Source: an uncultured Planctomycetaceae bacterium
GTDB lineage: Bacteria > Planctomycetota > Planctomycetia > Planctomycetales > Planctomycetaceae
Assembly (NCBI GenBank): GCA_963813715.1
Contig: CAWFAK010000017.1
Coordinates: 896,001 to 960,000 of the forward strand
DNA: 64,000 bases
Direction: 5' to 3'
The notes under the pieces are model-generated. The model was not told the DNA's origin and ran no database searches. It saw only the letters and a program-made list of their open reading frames with translations. Positions 42,861 to 54,150 of the stretch are shown piece after piece; positions within the stretch are counted from its first letter, which is position 1; every line of letters begins with the position of its first letter. Both the position numbers and the translations under genes were made by a program.

Positions 42861-43985
42861 TTGACGCCAAGCCCACGCGAGGCAACCGGCCACTCCCTGT
42901 TGACCGCAACGGCTTCGGTCATTTGCCTGCTGCTTGCTGCCACCTTGCGTCTTGCGCACACCGACCTGGCCGTCTGGACGACGTTCCTCGTCATGGCGCA
43001 ATACACCTATACCAGCTTTCAAAAAGGGTTCGAGCGCGTCGCGGGGCGGGGAGTCGGCATCCTGGCCGGGCTCGTGCTGACTACGTGGTTTAATGACGTC
43101 CCCCTGGTCGCGTTTTTATTAATCGGCGTCTTGCTGACCGCGTGTTTTTATATCTACTTCTCCGGACGACTGGCGTACACGGCCCTGCAAGCCGGACTGT
43201 ATCTCGTGGCCGTTTTCCAAATCGGTCGGTTTTCGCCCGAGACGGTCGAGTGGGAGTCGCGCGAGCTGTTTGCGGCCATTCTCGTGGGAGTGTTCGTCGC
43301 CAACATCGTCAACTGGCTGGCCGGTTTCGAGGGTGATGTCAGCATCAATCTCGGGGATGCGCCACTCTTTCCGGTCCGCACCGATTGGCTCAATCAGAGC
43401 CTGATGCTCGCGGTCACGGTGCTGATCACGCTCGTGGTCGCTCATCTTGTCGATCTGCCTCCGACGACGGCTGCCATCTCGGTCCTGGTGCTCACCATCT
43501 CGCCGCACCTCCAAGCGTTGATTCAAAAGGGGGAGCTGCGAATCGCGGGGCTCGTGCTGGCCACTCTGTGGAGTGCGGCGAGTTTTGTGTTGGTGGGTCT
43601 GCTTCCTCATTTTCCGCTCTTGGCGACATTCGTTTTTCTCGGACAGTTTGTGGCGACGTACCTGACGCTGCGGGGAGGAACCTATTCTTACGCGGGACTC
43701 CAGATGGGCCTGGTGCTGCCGATGATCGCGGTGGCCGCACCGGACGATTTCGGTAGCCTGCTTCCCGCACTGCAACGTCTCGAGGGAATACTCCTGGGCC
43801 TGGGCGCTTCTGTGATTATGGCGGGGCTGTGGCCGCGGTTTCCTTTGGCGGCCGCTCCGCCTGTACCGCCGCCCGTCCCGGTCCGCGCCCGTCGCCATGC
43901 CAGGCGAGATGGATGTCTAATCGCCTCGGGCTCCCGCTTTTTGCGTCAGTCAATGTGCAGCGTCGATGAGCAGCGTCACAAGTAA
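42861..43985 (+). CDS. FUSC/aromatic acid exporter family inner-membrane protein (true end probably ~43920)
   Basis: Two repeated TM modules (SFQKGFERVAG; IQKGELRIAG...YAGLQMG...RLEGILLG). Confidence 0.75.
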   Translation: MTPSPREATGHSLLTATASVICLLLAATLRLAHTDLAVWTTFLVMAQYTYTSFQKGFERVAGRGVGILAGLVLTTWFNDVPLVAFLLIGVLLTACFYIYFSGRLAYTALQAGLYLVAVFQIGRFSPETVEWESRELFAAILVGVFVANIVNWLAGFEGDVSINLGDAPLFPVRTDWLNQSLMLAVTVLITLVVAHLVDLPPTTAAISVLVLTISPHLQALIQKGELRIAGLVLATLWSAASFVLVGLLPHFPLLATFVFLGQFVATYLTLRGGTYSYAGLQMGLVLPMIAVAAPDDFGSLLPALQRLEGILLGLGASVIMAGLWPRFPLAAAPPVPPPVPVRARRHARRDGCLIASGSRFLRQSMCSVDEQRHK

Positions 43986-45169
43986 TACAGCCAGGCGATC
44001 ACTCGGTGCCACAAACGCGTCACTTTCGTGACCGTTCCCTGCGGCTCGGTGTAAACGGCGACGCTGCCTGTCATGCCGACCCGCAACGGGACCGCGTCGG
44101 GCTCGTCCAGGCTCAAGCGGACTTGAAAGCGCTGGGCCGGCGGCACCCAGTTGGTCGGCGTCTTGACATCCGGAAGCTGGCCGGAAGGGACGCCCTGCCC
44201 CTGGCTGACGCCCCAGCCGACTGAAGATACCGTGGCCGGAAAGAGCTGACCCGGCAGGCCGCGAAACGCAATCAACGCCGACTGTCCCTCGCGCATACGA
44301 GCAAGCGAGTTCTCGCGGAAATTGGCGACGACGAGCCAACGGGCCGTGTCAATGAGAGTCAGCGCGGCCTGACCGGTGTGCACGTAGGCCCCCTCGCGGA
44401 GCTGCAAATCGGTGATCAGGCCGTCGCACGGGGCGGGCACACGCGTGTAGGCCAGTTTGAGCCGCGCCTCCGCGAGATCAGCCTTGGCCTGCGCGACGAG
44501 AGTATTCTCCCCCGAAACTCGCGCGTTGAGCGCATCCTCGATGCGGCGAACGTTGTTCTCGGACTGGCGGACGGCCGCCTGACTGGCCTTGTTTTTTTGC
44601 ACGGCCTCGAGGTAGCGCCGTTCGGTGGTCGACTCGGTCTTGTAAATCGCCTGTTCCTGCCGGTAGACGACGGCCGCGTATTCGGCCTCCGCCGCAAGTT
44701 TCTCATGGTCGGCCTTGGCGGCGGCAAGTTCCGCGTCGAGCTGCTGCACCTGGTGCTGGGCTTCGACCACTTTGGCCTCCAGCGACGCGACCCTTTGCTC
44801 GAAGAGCGACGGGTCCAGCTCGAACAAGAGGTCGCCCGATTTGACGCGGCTCCCCTCGTGAACGTGCACCCGCACGACTTTCTCGGCCACCTGCGGCGCG
44901 ATTTGTACGACGTAGGCCTGCACGTAGGCCTCCGTCGTAAAGGGCGAGTAAATGTCGGCCAGGGCATAATAGATGACCAGCAGCACCAGCACGCCGACAA
45001 CGAGGAGCACCCAAAAGCGGACCGACCCCGCTAGCCGGCGGACCCTTCGCCCCAGTCCGCCGAGGAATCGGAGGGGAAGCCGCGCAGTCCAGGCCGCGGC
45101 ATGCGCAGCCGAACGGAAAAAATCCGAATCGCGGGCCTGTGCGGGCATCGAGACTTCCGGGGACGTCAA
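43976..45169 (-). CDS. HlyD/EmrA family membrane fusion protein
   Basis: TM anchor, PFTTEAYVQAYVVQIAPQV, VKSGDLLFELDP, VPAPCDG, ANFRE and AQRFQVR motifs. Confidence 0.9.
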   Translation of the reverse strand: MTSPEVSMPAQARDSDFFRSAAHAAAWTARLPLRFLGGLGRRVRRLAGSVRFWVLLVVGVLVLLVIYYALADIYSPFTTEAYVQAYVVQIAPQVAEKVVRVHVHEGSRVKSGDLLFELDPSLFEQRVASLEAKVVEAQHQVQQLDAELAAAKADHEKLAAEAEYAAVVYRQEQAIYKTESTTERRYLEAVQKNKASQAAVRQSENNVRRIEDALNARVSGENTLVAQAKADLAEARLKLAYTRVPAPCDGLITDLQLREGAYVHTGQAALTLIDTARWLVVANFRENSLARMREGQSALIAFRGLPGQLFPATVSSVGWGVSQGQGVPSGQLPDVKTPTNWVPPAQRFQVRLSLDEPDAVPLRVGMTGSVAVYTEPQGTVTKVTRLWHRVIAWLYYL

Positions 45170-45204
45170 CAGCCAACTCGGGGCGAGTCGCTTTCCACGT
45201 GAGC

Positions 45205-46879
45205 CTAATGCTTTTGCTCGGGCTGCGGAAGCGGAGGCGCTGGGAGGACTTCGTCGACCGGTTGTGGGTTCTTGCCGTCCGGCGACGCGGAGGAACCAAG
45301 CAGCGAGGCCGCGGGATTTTCAAGCGAGTAGTCCAGCGCAACCAGCGCGCCGAGGTATTCATAGTTCGCGGAGACGAGCCGCTGCTGGGCCCGCGTGAGG
45401 GCGACTTCGGCGTCGACAATGTCGGTGGGGGTTGCCTGGCCGTTGCGATAGCGGTTCCGCACCAGGCGCAGGTTCTCGACCGCCTCGACGACGGCAGGCC
45501 GATCCCGCTCGATGCGGCGATGGGCGGTCGTCGCCGCGATGTAGGCAACCGTCACCTGAAGTGTCACTTCATCAAGGATTGTCCGCGCATCGGCGAGCGA
45601 CTGTTGAATCTCGGCGTCCGCCGCGCACAGTGATCCCTCGCGCCGGCCCGCCGTGTAGAGCGGCATATCGATGTGCAGGCCGATTCCTTCTTGCGCCGGT
45701 GGCGATGTTCGAGCCGCCGACCACGCCGACGCTGCCGCGGGTGTAGACTTTGGGCAAAAAATCTCCCGCGACCGATTCCCGGCCGAACTGGGCCGCTGCC
45801 ACCGCCTCACGGGCGATGGAAATCTCAGCACGTTGAGACGCGGCGACTTCGAGACACTGCACCAGCGAGAGGTTGAACGCGGGCTCGGAGTTCCAGGCAA
45901 CGAGCGATACCGGGAGGCTCGCATTGCGACCCATGGCATTGTTCAGCCTGGCGACGGCCGTCAGTTCGGCCTCTTGGGCCAAGTCTACGTCCTCTTCCGC
46001 GGCCGCCAGCTGCACTTCGGCCCGCAGCACGTCGTCCTTCTCGAGCACGCCGGCGGCGCGACGCGAACGGGTATCGCGGAGAGTGGCCTGCGCACGGCGA
46101 ATGGCTTCTTCCTGAATCCGGCGGATCGCGCCGGCCCGCAGCGCGAGCAGGTAGGCCGAGGCGACGTCAAATCCGACCGTCTGACGGGCCCGCGTCGACT
46201 GCAGTTCGGCAATCTGCTCGCGCGCCTGGGCCTGGTGGTACTGTCCTCCCGTGTGTCCGAAATCGTAGATCGTCCACGACAATTGCAACTCGGCCTGTGC
46301 GTAGTCGTGCGTTGCCGTGGCGGTGGGCAGAATGATTCCCGTAACGCCCGCCGAGGCCGGGCCCAGAGTGGGTGACGTCACTCCTTCGTGCGTCAGGAAG
46401 TCGACCTGCGGCAAGAAGGCCGAAAACGCAACCTCCGACTGTCCCGCGGGCCCGCTCGATCGCCGCCAGGGCGGCCACCAGCCGCGGATTGTTCCGGATC
46501 GCCAAAGTCGATGGCGTCAGGAAAGAGAAAACGTTTGCGTCGCTGCGTCGCTCGCGGACGCGTCGAAGGACGCCACAACCGGCGTCGTCGCGGGGACCCG
46601 CGTCAGGAACGATGCCGGCACGACCTTCTTCTGCGGCGCGACAGAGTCGTCCGTCGACGCGAGGGCGTTCGCATCGCCCGTTTTGACCTCAGCCGTGTCG
46701 AGCGTGACGGGGGCGACAATCCGGTCGCGCGCACCGTCGGGCGTCACTTCGCGGGGCAGTGAAAGCGCGGATTGCCAGGGACCCGTCCAGGAACATCCCG
46801 CGACGAAGCAGATCGCGGCGATCGGACCGGCCCGGCGAAGCGAAGTCGATGCGCGGACCCTTTTCGACCTTGAACGCAT
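45205..46879 (-). CDS. TolC family outer-membrane efflux lipoprotein (several frameshifts)
   Basis: FVAGC lipobox; pieces 46517-46879, 46167-46505, 45572-46414 and 45205-45939 carry OEP-type motifs (NNPRL, WTIYDFG, RYRNGQATPTDIVDAE). Confidence 0.8.
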
Positions 46880-47018
46880 CAGCCCGCTCCGGCTGCCAAG
46901 CGGACCTTTCAGGATTCCGGAATCGACCGGCCGTTTGACCCACTTGCCCGCTCCAACCAGAACAGCGCCGTGAGAATTATCGGCAAACTCAACCTAGTCG
47001 CTTGAGTCAAAATTACAA

Positions 47019-50000
47019 TCAGTGGCGTTTCGCGGCTGGTAATTCGTCCAGAAAGGCGCCGATTTCGCCGATTGCCGCGTCGCGATTCTGATCTTCGGTT
47101 ACGCCGGATTTCTTCCGCGGCTTGAAGCTGTGATCGCCGTCCGTGAGCCAGTGGATGCGGATGCCGGCAGGCAGACTGTAGGCGGCAACTTCCTCGCGGG
47201 AACCGAACGAATCGCGTTCTCCCTGCACGATCAACGTCGGCGTTTTGATTGTCAGCAGGTGTTTGACGCGAAGTTGATCGGGCTTCCCGACCGGATGAAA
47301 CGGATAGCCGAGACACACGAGTCCTGCGACGTTGGCTTCGTCCGCAATCAAACTGGCGATCCGGCCCCCCATCGACTTGCCGCCAACGATCAAACGTTCG
47401 CGGCCGAGACGTTCCACTACTTGGAGCCAGGTTTCGCGGAGGATCGGTTCCCGGTCTGGCGGTCCGCCCCGCCCCTGACGGCGACGGGCAGCCATGTAGG
47501 GAAACTCGAAGCGTGCGACCCGCAAGCCCCGCTCAGCCAAACCCCCGGCGATCACGTTCATGAACGGGCTGTCCATCGGTGCGCCCGCGCCATGGGCCAG
47601 CGCGATCGTCCATGCAGCCTTCTTCGGGCCTTCTATGATCAGCTCAGGCGGTGATTGCACGGTTGCCTCGTTTATCGAGCCGCCTGCGGTCGGCGCGTTC
47701 GCGCCCGACGTCACGCGATCGACCAGTACGACCAAATCCTGCTCGAATTTCGGCAGCTCGATCTGAACCGGTCTCTCGCCCCCACGGACTGTGACTTGCG
47801 ATAAGACTTCCCCCGCTGCCGGCGAGTAAAAGCGGGCTCGATAATCTCCGGCAGGCAGGCGCACGAGCAAATTTCCCTGAATGGGCTGCCCGGCCGTCGG
47901 ATCGGCGACCTCGCGATCGTCGGCCAGATAGGCGATATAGCCGCCGTCGGCAAGCGCCAGTGCCGTGTCGACAAGGTGTTGGGGCTTTTGTACGACCCAC
48001 TCCCGCGCCAATCGCGCACGGACAAAGTCGACCTTCTGCGCAAATCGCAGAGATGTTTCATCCAGGTGCGGATCATTCGCCTTGAGTCGGACGTGCCCGT
48101 CTCCACGCCGGAGTTGATCGAGAAATCGATGTAGTCGTAATGGCATTGCGAAAGCACCGCCATCCAAGCCCGCTTGCGATGGATTGTCCAGCCGACCGGA
48201 TCACGATACATCGACGCGGCATTGTCCTCGTCGGAAACGCAGGGCTTGTTGAAGGCGTGAGTCGCGTGGCAGAAGTCGCGAAAATCCCGGAGTGCGAGCT
48301 GCTTCGACATGAAATTACCGAGCATGTACTCGCGGCGGGCGAGAACCATTCCGGGCAGCGGATGGACATTGACAGCGTCGAACTCGCTTTGCGTGAATGA
48401 GGCATCCAATTCCTGGCGAAAGGCCGGCTTGTAACTGAAGGCTTGCGAGCCAAACACCAGATGCGGACGTCCGAGCCGCTCCAGCTCGCTTCGCACGAAG
48501 CCGTGATGCGGGCTTGCCACGCGTCGACGTCCGCGACGCTGGCATGCGGACTCGCGTTGCCGCCCGGCTCGTTGCAGATTTCGTAGTAGACGTTGTCGTA
48601 GCCGCTGGTTTCTTGCAGGATTTTGCGAACATACGTCAACTGGCGCTCGAGGAGCGGCGCGTTGTGCAGCGTGTTGTACTCGTACCAGGGGATCTTGCCG
48701 ACTTCCTGCCGATTGTTCTCGGCCCGCAGCGGATTGAGGGCCCAGACGCGCGTCGCCGTAAGAATTGCTGAAGAGCGTCAGCTCGACGACGATTCCGAGT
48801 TCGGAGGCCCGCGAGAGAAACCGGTGCAGCCGTTCGAAGTATTCGGGATTCCAGCGATCGAGGTCGAATCGCGGCAATCCGTCGAGGGCATGTTGCGGTC
48901 CGGTGCGGGGCCAGGGGCTGACATAATCCGCCGCGGCGGGCTTGCAGGGAGAGGCGGGATTACTCGGCGAGGCGATTTCTCGGTAAAGCAAGAAAGTTCG
49001 GCTGACGGTCTGGTGCTTATCGGCGGCTTCGGCCAGATAACGCTCGAAATCGAAAGCCCGATTGAGCACCGATCCGTAGTGCTCGGTCGCGGCAATCAAC
49101 GTCAGCGGCCGTCCCCGAAAGAGAAAGTAGCGCGGATTCTCCGGATGGAGCGAAACGGCCGGCCGGGCTCCTTTGGTCGACTCAAGGACAGCGACCCAAT
49201 CGCCGTCAGATGTTTCCGGCTGACAAACCAGGTCGCCGTGCGAATCGGCGCGAACGATCTGCGCGGGTTTGAGTTCGCCGGTGCGGGTGACGAAATGTCG
49301 CACGGAGTAATTGGCGTTCGGGGTCAGGTTGTGCAGCACGATCGGTTCGACACTGGGCACGTAAATCACGCGCACTTTGTCGGCGATTCCGGCCGCGTAG
49401 GGAACCTCGAACTCGCCGTGCTTTGAGATGGTGCGCTGCCAGGTCGCCCATTCGGCATGCGGCTCGAACTTCCACCAATCGAATTTCTCGAGCAGCCGCT
49501 TCGCAATACCCACCTGCTGCGACCCGGCTAGCTGCATCGCGTCGTCCCAGGGCCGATTGCCCCAGTTTCCGCCGTGTGGCGATTTGCCGTACGGCTGTCC
49601 GAGGCGATTGACCTGCCAGATGCCGTTGGCTCCGTAAGTATGGCCGGCCGTCCCCGACAGGTAAGAGGCCCAGACCATGAACCGCTGCACGTCTTCGAAG
49701 CAAGTGTTCAGGATTCCTTCATAGGTGACTTCGCCGAGAACCACGGGCAGCGTGGGCGAGGCACTTCGCGAGGTGCGAATCAGTTGGATCGTGTTGGGGA
49801 TGCTGCGACGATCGCTGTGGCCCGTTTGCAGCATGTCGAAATCGAGTACGGACGGATCGGTGAACGAGTACCGCGCACTTCTTGGCGGATGCCCGGTTAC
49901 CAGCCGATGAAACGGGTCGACTTGCCGCAACGCGCGGGCGACTTCGGTCCAGCCCTCGCGCTGGAATTCTGAATCCTTGTCCTTGGTCTTCGATAAGTAG

Positions 50001-50866
50001 AACGGCATGGTGATTTCGCCGGCGACGCACCAGACGACGGGCAGTGCGCCGTAACGGGCGACCAGGTAACGCCAATGCTGCTTCATCCGCTCGACGCCGA
50101 GCCAGGGCAAGTGGTAGCCCCAAGCGCCGACGATGCAAGGCATCAGCCCTGAGTCAACGAGCGACACGATACGACGGTCGGCCGCGTCGAAGTATTCTGG
50201 ACGGATCGTGTGGTAGTCGGCGGTCCACGGAAAGCCCGCTTCGTTCGCCCCACGGGGGTCGAAGGCCGGCATATCGGGATACAAGCCGGCGACGATCTGG
50301 ACGACGTTGAACCCCTTCTGCACGCGGTCGCGAGCCAGCGTCTGAAATTCGTCCGGAAAATGCAGCCGATGACACAGCCCCATCCACCAGGTGTCGCCCA
50401 GCCACAAAAACGGAGTGCCGTCGGCGTACTGGAAGTGACGATGGTCAGACATCACGCGCAGCGGCCCGTGGCGATAGAGCGGATTGTTGCCCTGATAGGG
50501 AACGACCTCGACCGTGCCCGTCTTGCCTTCGAGGCTGCCGTTCGTTTTGTCCGAGCACTCGGTTTTGTAGTGGTGGGTGCCGGGCAGCGCCGATGCGTAC
50601 CGGACGCGCCAGGTCTTTCCGCCGTCCCAAAAGCCCGGCACACGCAGCTTGTGGCCGGCGGGTTCTTCGAACACCACGTCGAACTGAGCTTGATTGAAGG
50701 GATCCGAGTAATCCTTTGCCGACTCGAATGTCAGCTCGACCATCACGTTTGCCGGCGTCGACTTTTCAGCCGCCGCGAGCCAACCGGCCCACATGACGAG
50801 CGATGCGGCGATGACGGAGTGGCGACACCGATTGCGGCAAAGTGATCGAAACGTGCGAGAGCTCAT
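47019..50866 (-). CDS. Secreted multi-domain enzyme: DUF5060 + DUF4038 (GH140/apiosidase-like) + second GH-like TIM-barrel module + C-terminal alpha/beta hydrolase; frameshifts ~48750, ~48500, ~48040
   Basis: GFWDGGKTWRVR, DGTPFLWLGDTWW, GEVTYE and GHTYGANGIWQ; then HPENPRYFLFRG...YEICNEP; then in frame HGAGAPMDS, GKSMGG, QGERD and DGDHS. Confidence 0.75.
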
Positions 50867-51051
50867 GGCAGGTCGCCTGGCGGGTCGTGTTGGGAAGAAT
50901 GGCAGCAGCGAGCGTGGATCGTCCCTCATTCTCATAAGCGATTGGGCTGCGCTTTTCCAATGTGCGCGGCTTGCTGGCGTGCGCGAGGCATCGTGCCAAT
51001 AATCAACGAATTGCCCGATCGACCTTAAGCGCCACGGTCAAAGGGACGCCC

Positions 51052-51864
51052 ATGAGCCGCCGCCTGGAAGGACAAACTGCCTGGATCAGCGGAGGGGCGT
51101 CCGGCATCGGCGAGGCGACAGCGCGACTGTTTGCCGCGGAGGGAGCCAGCGTCTTAATCGCCGACGTGCAGGCGGACCGCGGGCGGGCGTTGGAAGCTTC
51201 TCTTCGTGCGACAGGCGGCGCCGCCCTCTACGACGAATGCGACGTCACTCGCGAGGAGGCCATCCGCGCCAGCCTGGAACGAGCGGCCAAAACGTTTGGT
51301 GGGTTGCAGATTCTGGTGAGCTGCGCGGGCATCGTCCACGTCAAGCCGCTGCATGAGTACAGCGTGGATGAGTGGGACCGCCTGATGGCAGTCAACCTGC
51401 GGAGCATCTTCTTCGCCATCAAGCACGGGATCGGCCACTTGCGTCGCAACCCGCGCAGTTACATGGTGAATATCGGGTCGATCAGCAGCTACGTCGGGCA
51501 GGCGGGAACGCCGGCTTACACCGCGTCGAAGGGGGCCGTCCTCCTGTTGAGCCAATCGATCGCTCTCGACTACGCGGCCGACGGTTTGCGTTGCAACTGC
51601 GTCTGCCCGGGCATCACGGATACGCCCATGCTGCGACACCACTTGCACGCCGCGGCCGATCCGGCGGGAACGCTGGCGACGCGGCTGCACCGTGTGCCGC
51701 TCGGCCGCGCCCTGACACCAGACGACGTCGCCCGGACCGTGCTCTACTTGTCCTGTGAGGATTCCGCTGGCGTGACGGGCACCTCGGTCGTCGTGGACGG
51801 CGGCTACCTGGCCGCGGCGGAATGGGACACTCCGCGGATCACACTTCCGGACGACTTGTCATGA
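51052..51864 (+). CDS. SDR family NAD(P)-dependent oxidoreductase
   Basis: SGGASGIG, YTASKG, NCVCPG and VDGG motifs. Confidence 0.92.
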   Translation: MSRRLEGQTAWISGGASGIGEATARLFAAEGASVLIADVQADRGRALEASLRATGGAALYDECDVTREEAIRASLERAAKTFGGLQILVSCAGIVHVKPLHEYSVDEWDRLMAVNLRSIFFAIKHGIGHLRRNPRSYMVNIGSISSYVGQAGTPAYTASKGAVLLLSQSIALDYAADGLRCNCVCPGITDTPMLRHHLHAAADPAGTLATRLHRVPLGRALTPDDVARTVLYLSCEDSAGVTGTSVVVDGGYLAAAEWDTPRITLPDDLS

Positions 51865-52739
51865 GTTTTGAACTGGCCTGCGCCGACTTCGCCTTTCCAC
51901 TTTTGCCGCACGAGCATTCGTTGCGATTGATCGCCATGCTCGGCTTTGCCGGCGTCGACATCGGGCTCTTCGAAGGACGCTCGCATCTTTGGCCGTCGCG
52001 CGAGTTCGAGGATATTCCCCGGTCCGCATCGGCCCTCAAACGGCGGACCGACGCGCTCGGCTTGCGGGTGGCCGACGTCTTTTTGCAAACCGCCGCCGAT
52101 TTCCGCCTGTACCCGATCAACCATCCCGACGCCGGCCGGCGAAGACTGGCCCGCGACTGGTTCTCGCGGACCCTCGAATTCGCGGCTGCTTTGCGTTGCT
52201 CGCATGTCACAATTCTGCCCGGCGTTGATTTCGACGAGGAGAGCCGCGAGACATCGTTAGCGCGGGCCGTCGAAGAGCTCGGATGGCGCGTGGAACAGGC
52301 GCGCCAGGCCGGCGTGACGTTGGGCACCGAGGCGCACGTCGGCTCTCTGTTCCCCGACCCGCTCTCGGCCCTGGAATTGGTGCAAAAGGTGCCGGGTCTG
52401 ACCCTCACGCTCGACTACACGCACTTTACACGAGCCGGCCGGCCCGATCGCGACGTTGAACCCCTGCTGGCACACGCCTCGCATTTTCATGTGCGGGGAG
52501 CCCGCCACGGCCGGCTACAGACGCCGTTCAAAGATAACGTGATCGATTACCGTCGAGTGGTCGAGCGGATGCAAGAAGTCGGCTATCGCGGCTGGCTCGG
52601 CATCGAATACGTCTGGATTGACTGGGAGCATTGCAACGAGTGCGACAACCTGTCGGAGACGATCCTCTTTCGCGATTTGCTCCGGAGTCTGCTGACGCCT
52701 CAACACCATCCGACACGCGCCCAGGAGCCGACACCGTGA
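51861..52739 (+). CDS. Sugar phosphate isomerase/epimerase (AP endonuclease 2 TIM barrel)
   Basis: EAH, DYTH, HFH and GYRGWLGIEY metal-binding motifs; ATGA coupling. Confidence 0.85.
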   Translation: MSFELACADFAFPLLPHEHSLRLIAMLGFAGVDIGLFEGRSHLWPSREFEDIPRSASALKRRTDALGLRVADVFLQTAADFRLYPINHPDAGRRRLARDWFSRTLEFAAALRCSHVTILPGVDFDEESRETSLARAVEELGWRVEQARQAGVTLGTEAHVGSLFPDPLSALELVQKVPGLTLTLDYTHFTRAGRPDRDVEPLLAHASHFHVRGARHGRLQTPFKDNVIDYRRVVERMQEVGYRGWLGIEYVWIDWEHCNECDNLSETILFRDLLRSLLTPQHHPTRAQEPTP

Positions 52740-53792
52740 ACTCGTTCTGGTCGGGCCTGGCGTTGGTCGTCGTTGCGGGCGCGATGGGTGGCAGCTTTAC
52801 TGTCCCGCTGAAATATGTCCGCGGCTGGGCGTGGGAAAAGACGTGGCTTTTCTATTCCATCGTGGGCATGGTGCTTGTCCCCTGGCTGATCGTGGCGTGG
52901 GCCGTGCCTACCCCCGCGTCCGTCTTTGCGGCCATCGCACCGCAAAAACTCTTGACGACGGCCTTGTTCGGCGCGGGTTGGGGCGTCGGCTCGGTGCTGT
53001 TTGGACTGGGCGTCACGCGGGTCGGCACCGCGATGGCCTTCGCGATCGTCGTATCGATGACTGCAACTCTGGGTTCGCTGATCCCCCTCGCCGTTTTGCA
53101 ACCGTCAGAGCTAAGCTCCCCGCGAACACTGTGGTTGGTGTTCGGTCTAGCCATCGTGCTGCTCGGATTAACGCTCTGCGCCAGAGCCGGCTTCCTCAAA
53201 GAGGCGGCCCAGCGCTGCTGACCAGCGCGAAAAGGCGGAGTCCATCGGAACCGCTAAGGCTGCGACGGCGGGCGGGTTTTTGGGCGGACTCTTGATCTGC
53301 CTCGTTTCCGGCGTGACGTCGCCGATGTTCAATTTCAGCGTCGCCTTCGGCGGTGATATTCAGCGCGAAGCCGAGTATCGCGGTGCGGAAGCCGCCATCG
53401 CGTCGGTTGCCGTGATTGCGGTGACTGTTTCGGCGGGCTTCCTCACGAATGCGCTCTACTGTCTTTATCTGCTTGTCCGTAACCGGAGCCTGCGATCGGC
53501 GGACGGAGCTCCCATTCTGGCGAACGCGGCGCTGGTCATCTTGATGGGGGTTTTGTGGATGCTGGGAATGTTTTTCTACGGCGTGGGGGCCAGTCGCATG
53601 GGCGACCGCGGACCCGTGCTCGGCTGGCCGCTGTTCATGACCTTGATGGTGTTGATGGGCAATTTTTGGGGGACGGTGACCGGCGAATGGAAGGGAGCCG
53701 GTCGCCGCGCGTATCTCCTGCTGCAGTTGGGAAACGTGGCGATGGTGGCCGCGTTCATCGTGATTTCGGCGGGCTCTCGTCCCTCCTCGTAA
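52736..53792 (+). CDS. rhaT: L-rhamnose/proton symporter RhaT family (frameshift ~53215-53280)
   Basis: GSFTVPLKYVRGWAWEKTW, FGAGWGVG, LGSLIP, GWPLFM and WGTVTGEWKGA motifs. Confidence 0.85.
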
Positions 53793-53826
53793 AGGCCGCT
53801 CGACGCGAACAGAAAAAGGCCCTGCC

Positions 53827-54147
53827 ATGGAACGTGTTTGCTTCCTGCTCAAGGTCCGCAAAGAACGGCTCGACGAATACAAGCAGCGGCACCAGTCGGT
53901 CTGGGCCGAGATGCGGCAAGCCCTGCACGAGACCGGTTGGACCAATTATTCGCTCTACCTTCGCGACGATGGGCTGCTCGTTGGTTATCTCGAAACACCC
54001 GATTTCGACGCGGCCTTGCGCGGGATGGCTGCCCAAGAGGTGAACGCGCGCTGGCAGCGCGAAATGGCGCCCTTCTTCGAAGACCTGGAAGGCCGGCGCC
54101 CCGACGAGGGGCTCTTGCGCCTCGAAGAGATCTTCCACCTTGATTGA
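53827..54147 (+). CDS. rhaM: L-rhamnose mutarotase
   Basis: EYKQRHQSVWAEM, GWTNYSLYL, NARWQREM and LEEIFHLD motifs. Confidence 0.9.
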   Translation: MERVCFLLKVRKERLDEYKQRHQSVWAEMRQALHETGWTNYSLYLRDDGLLVGYLETPDFDAALRGMAAQEVNARWQREMAPFFEDLEGRRPDEGLLRLEEIFHLD

Positions 54148-54150
54148 CCG

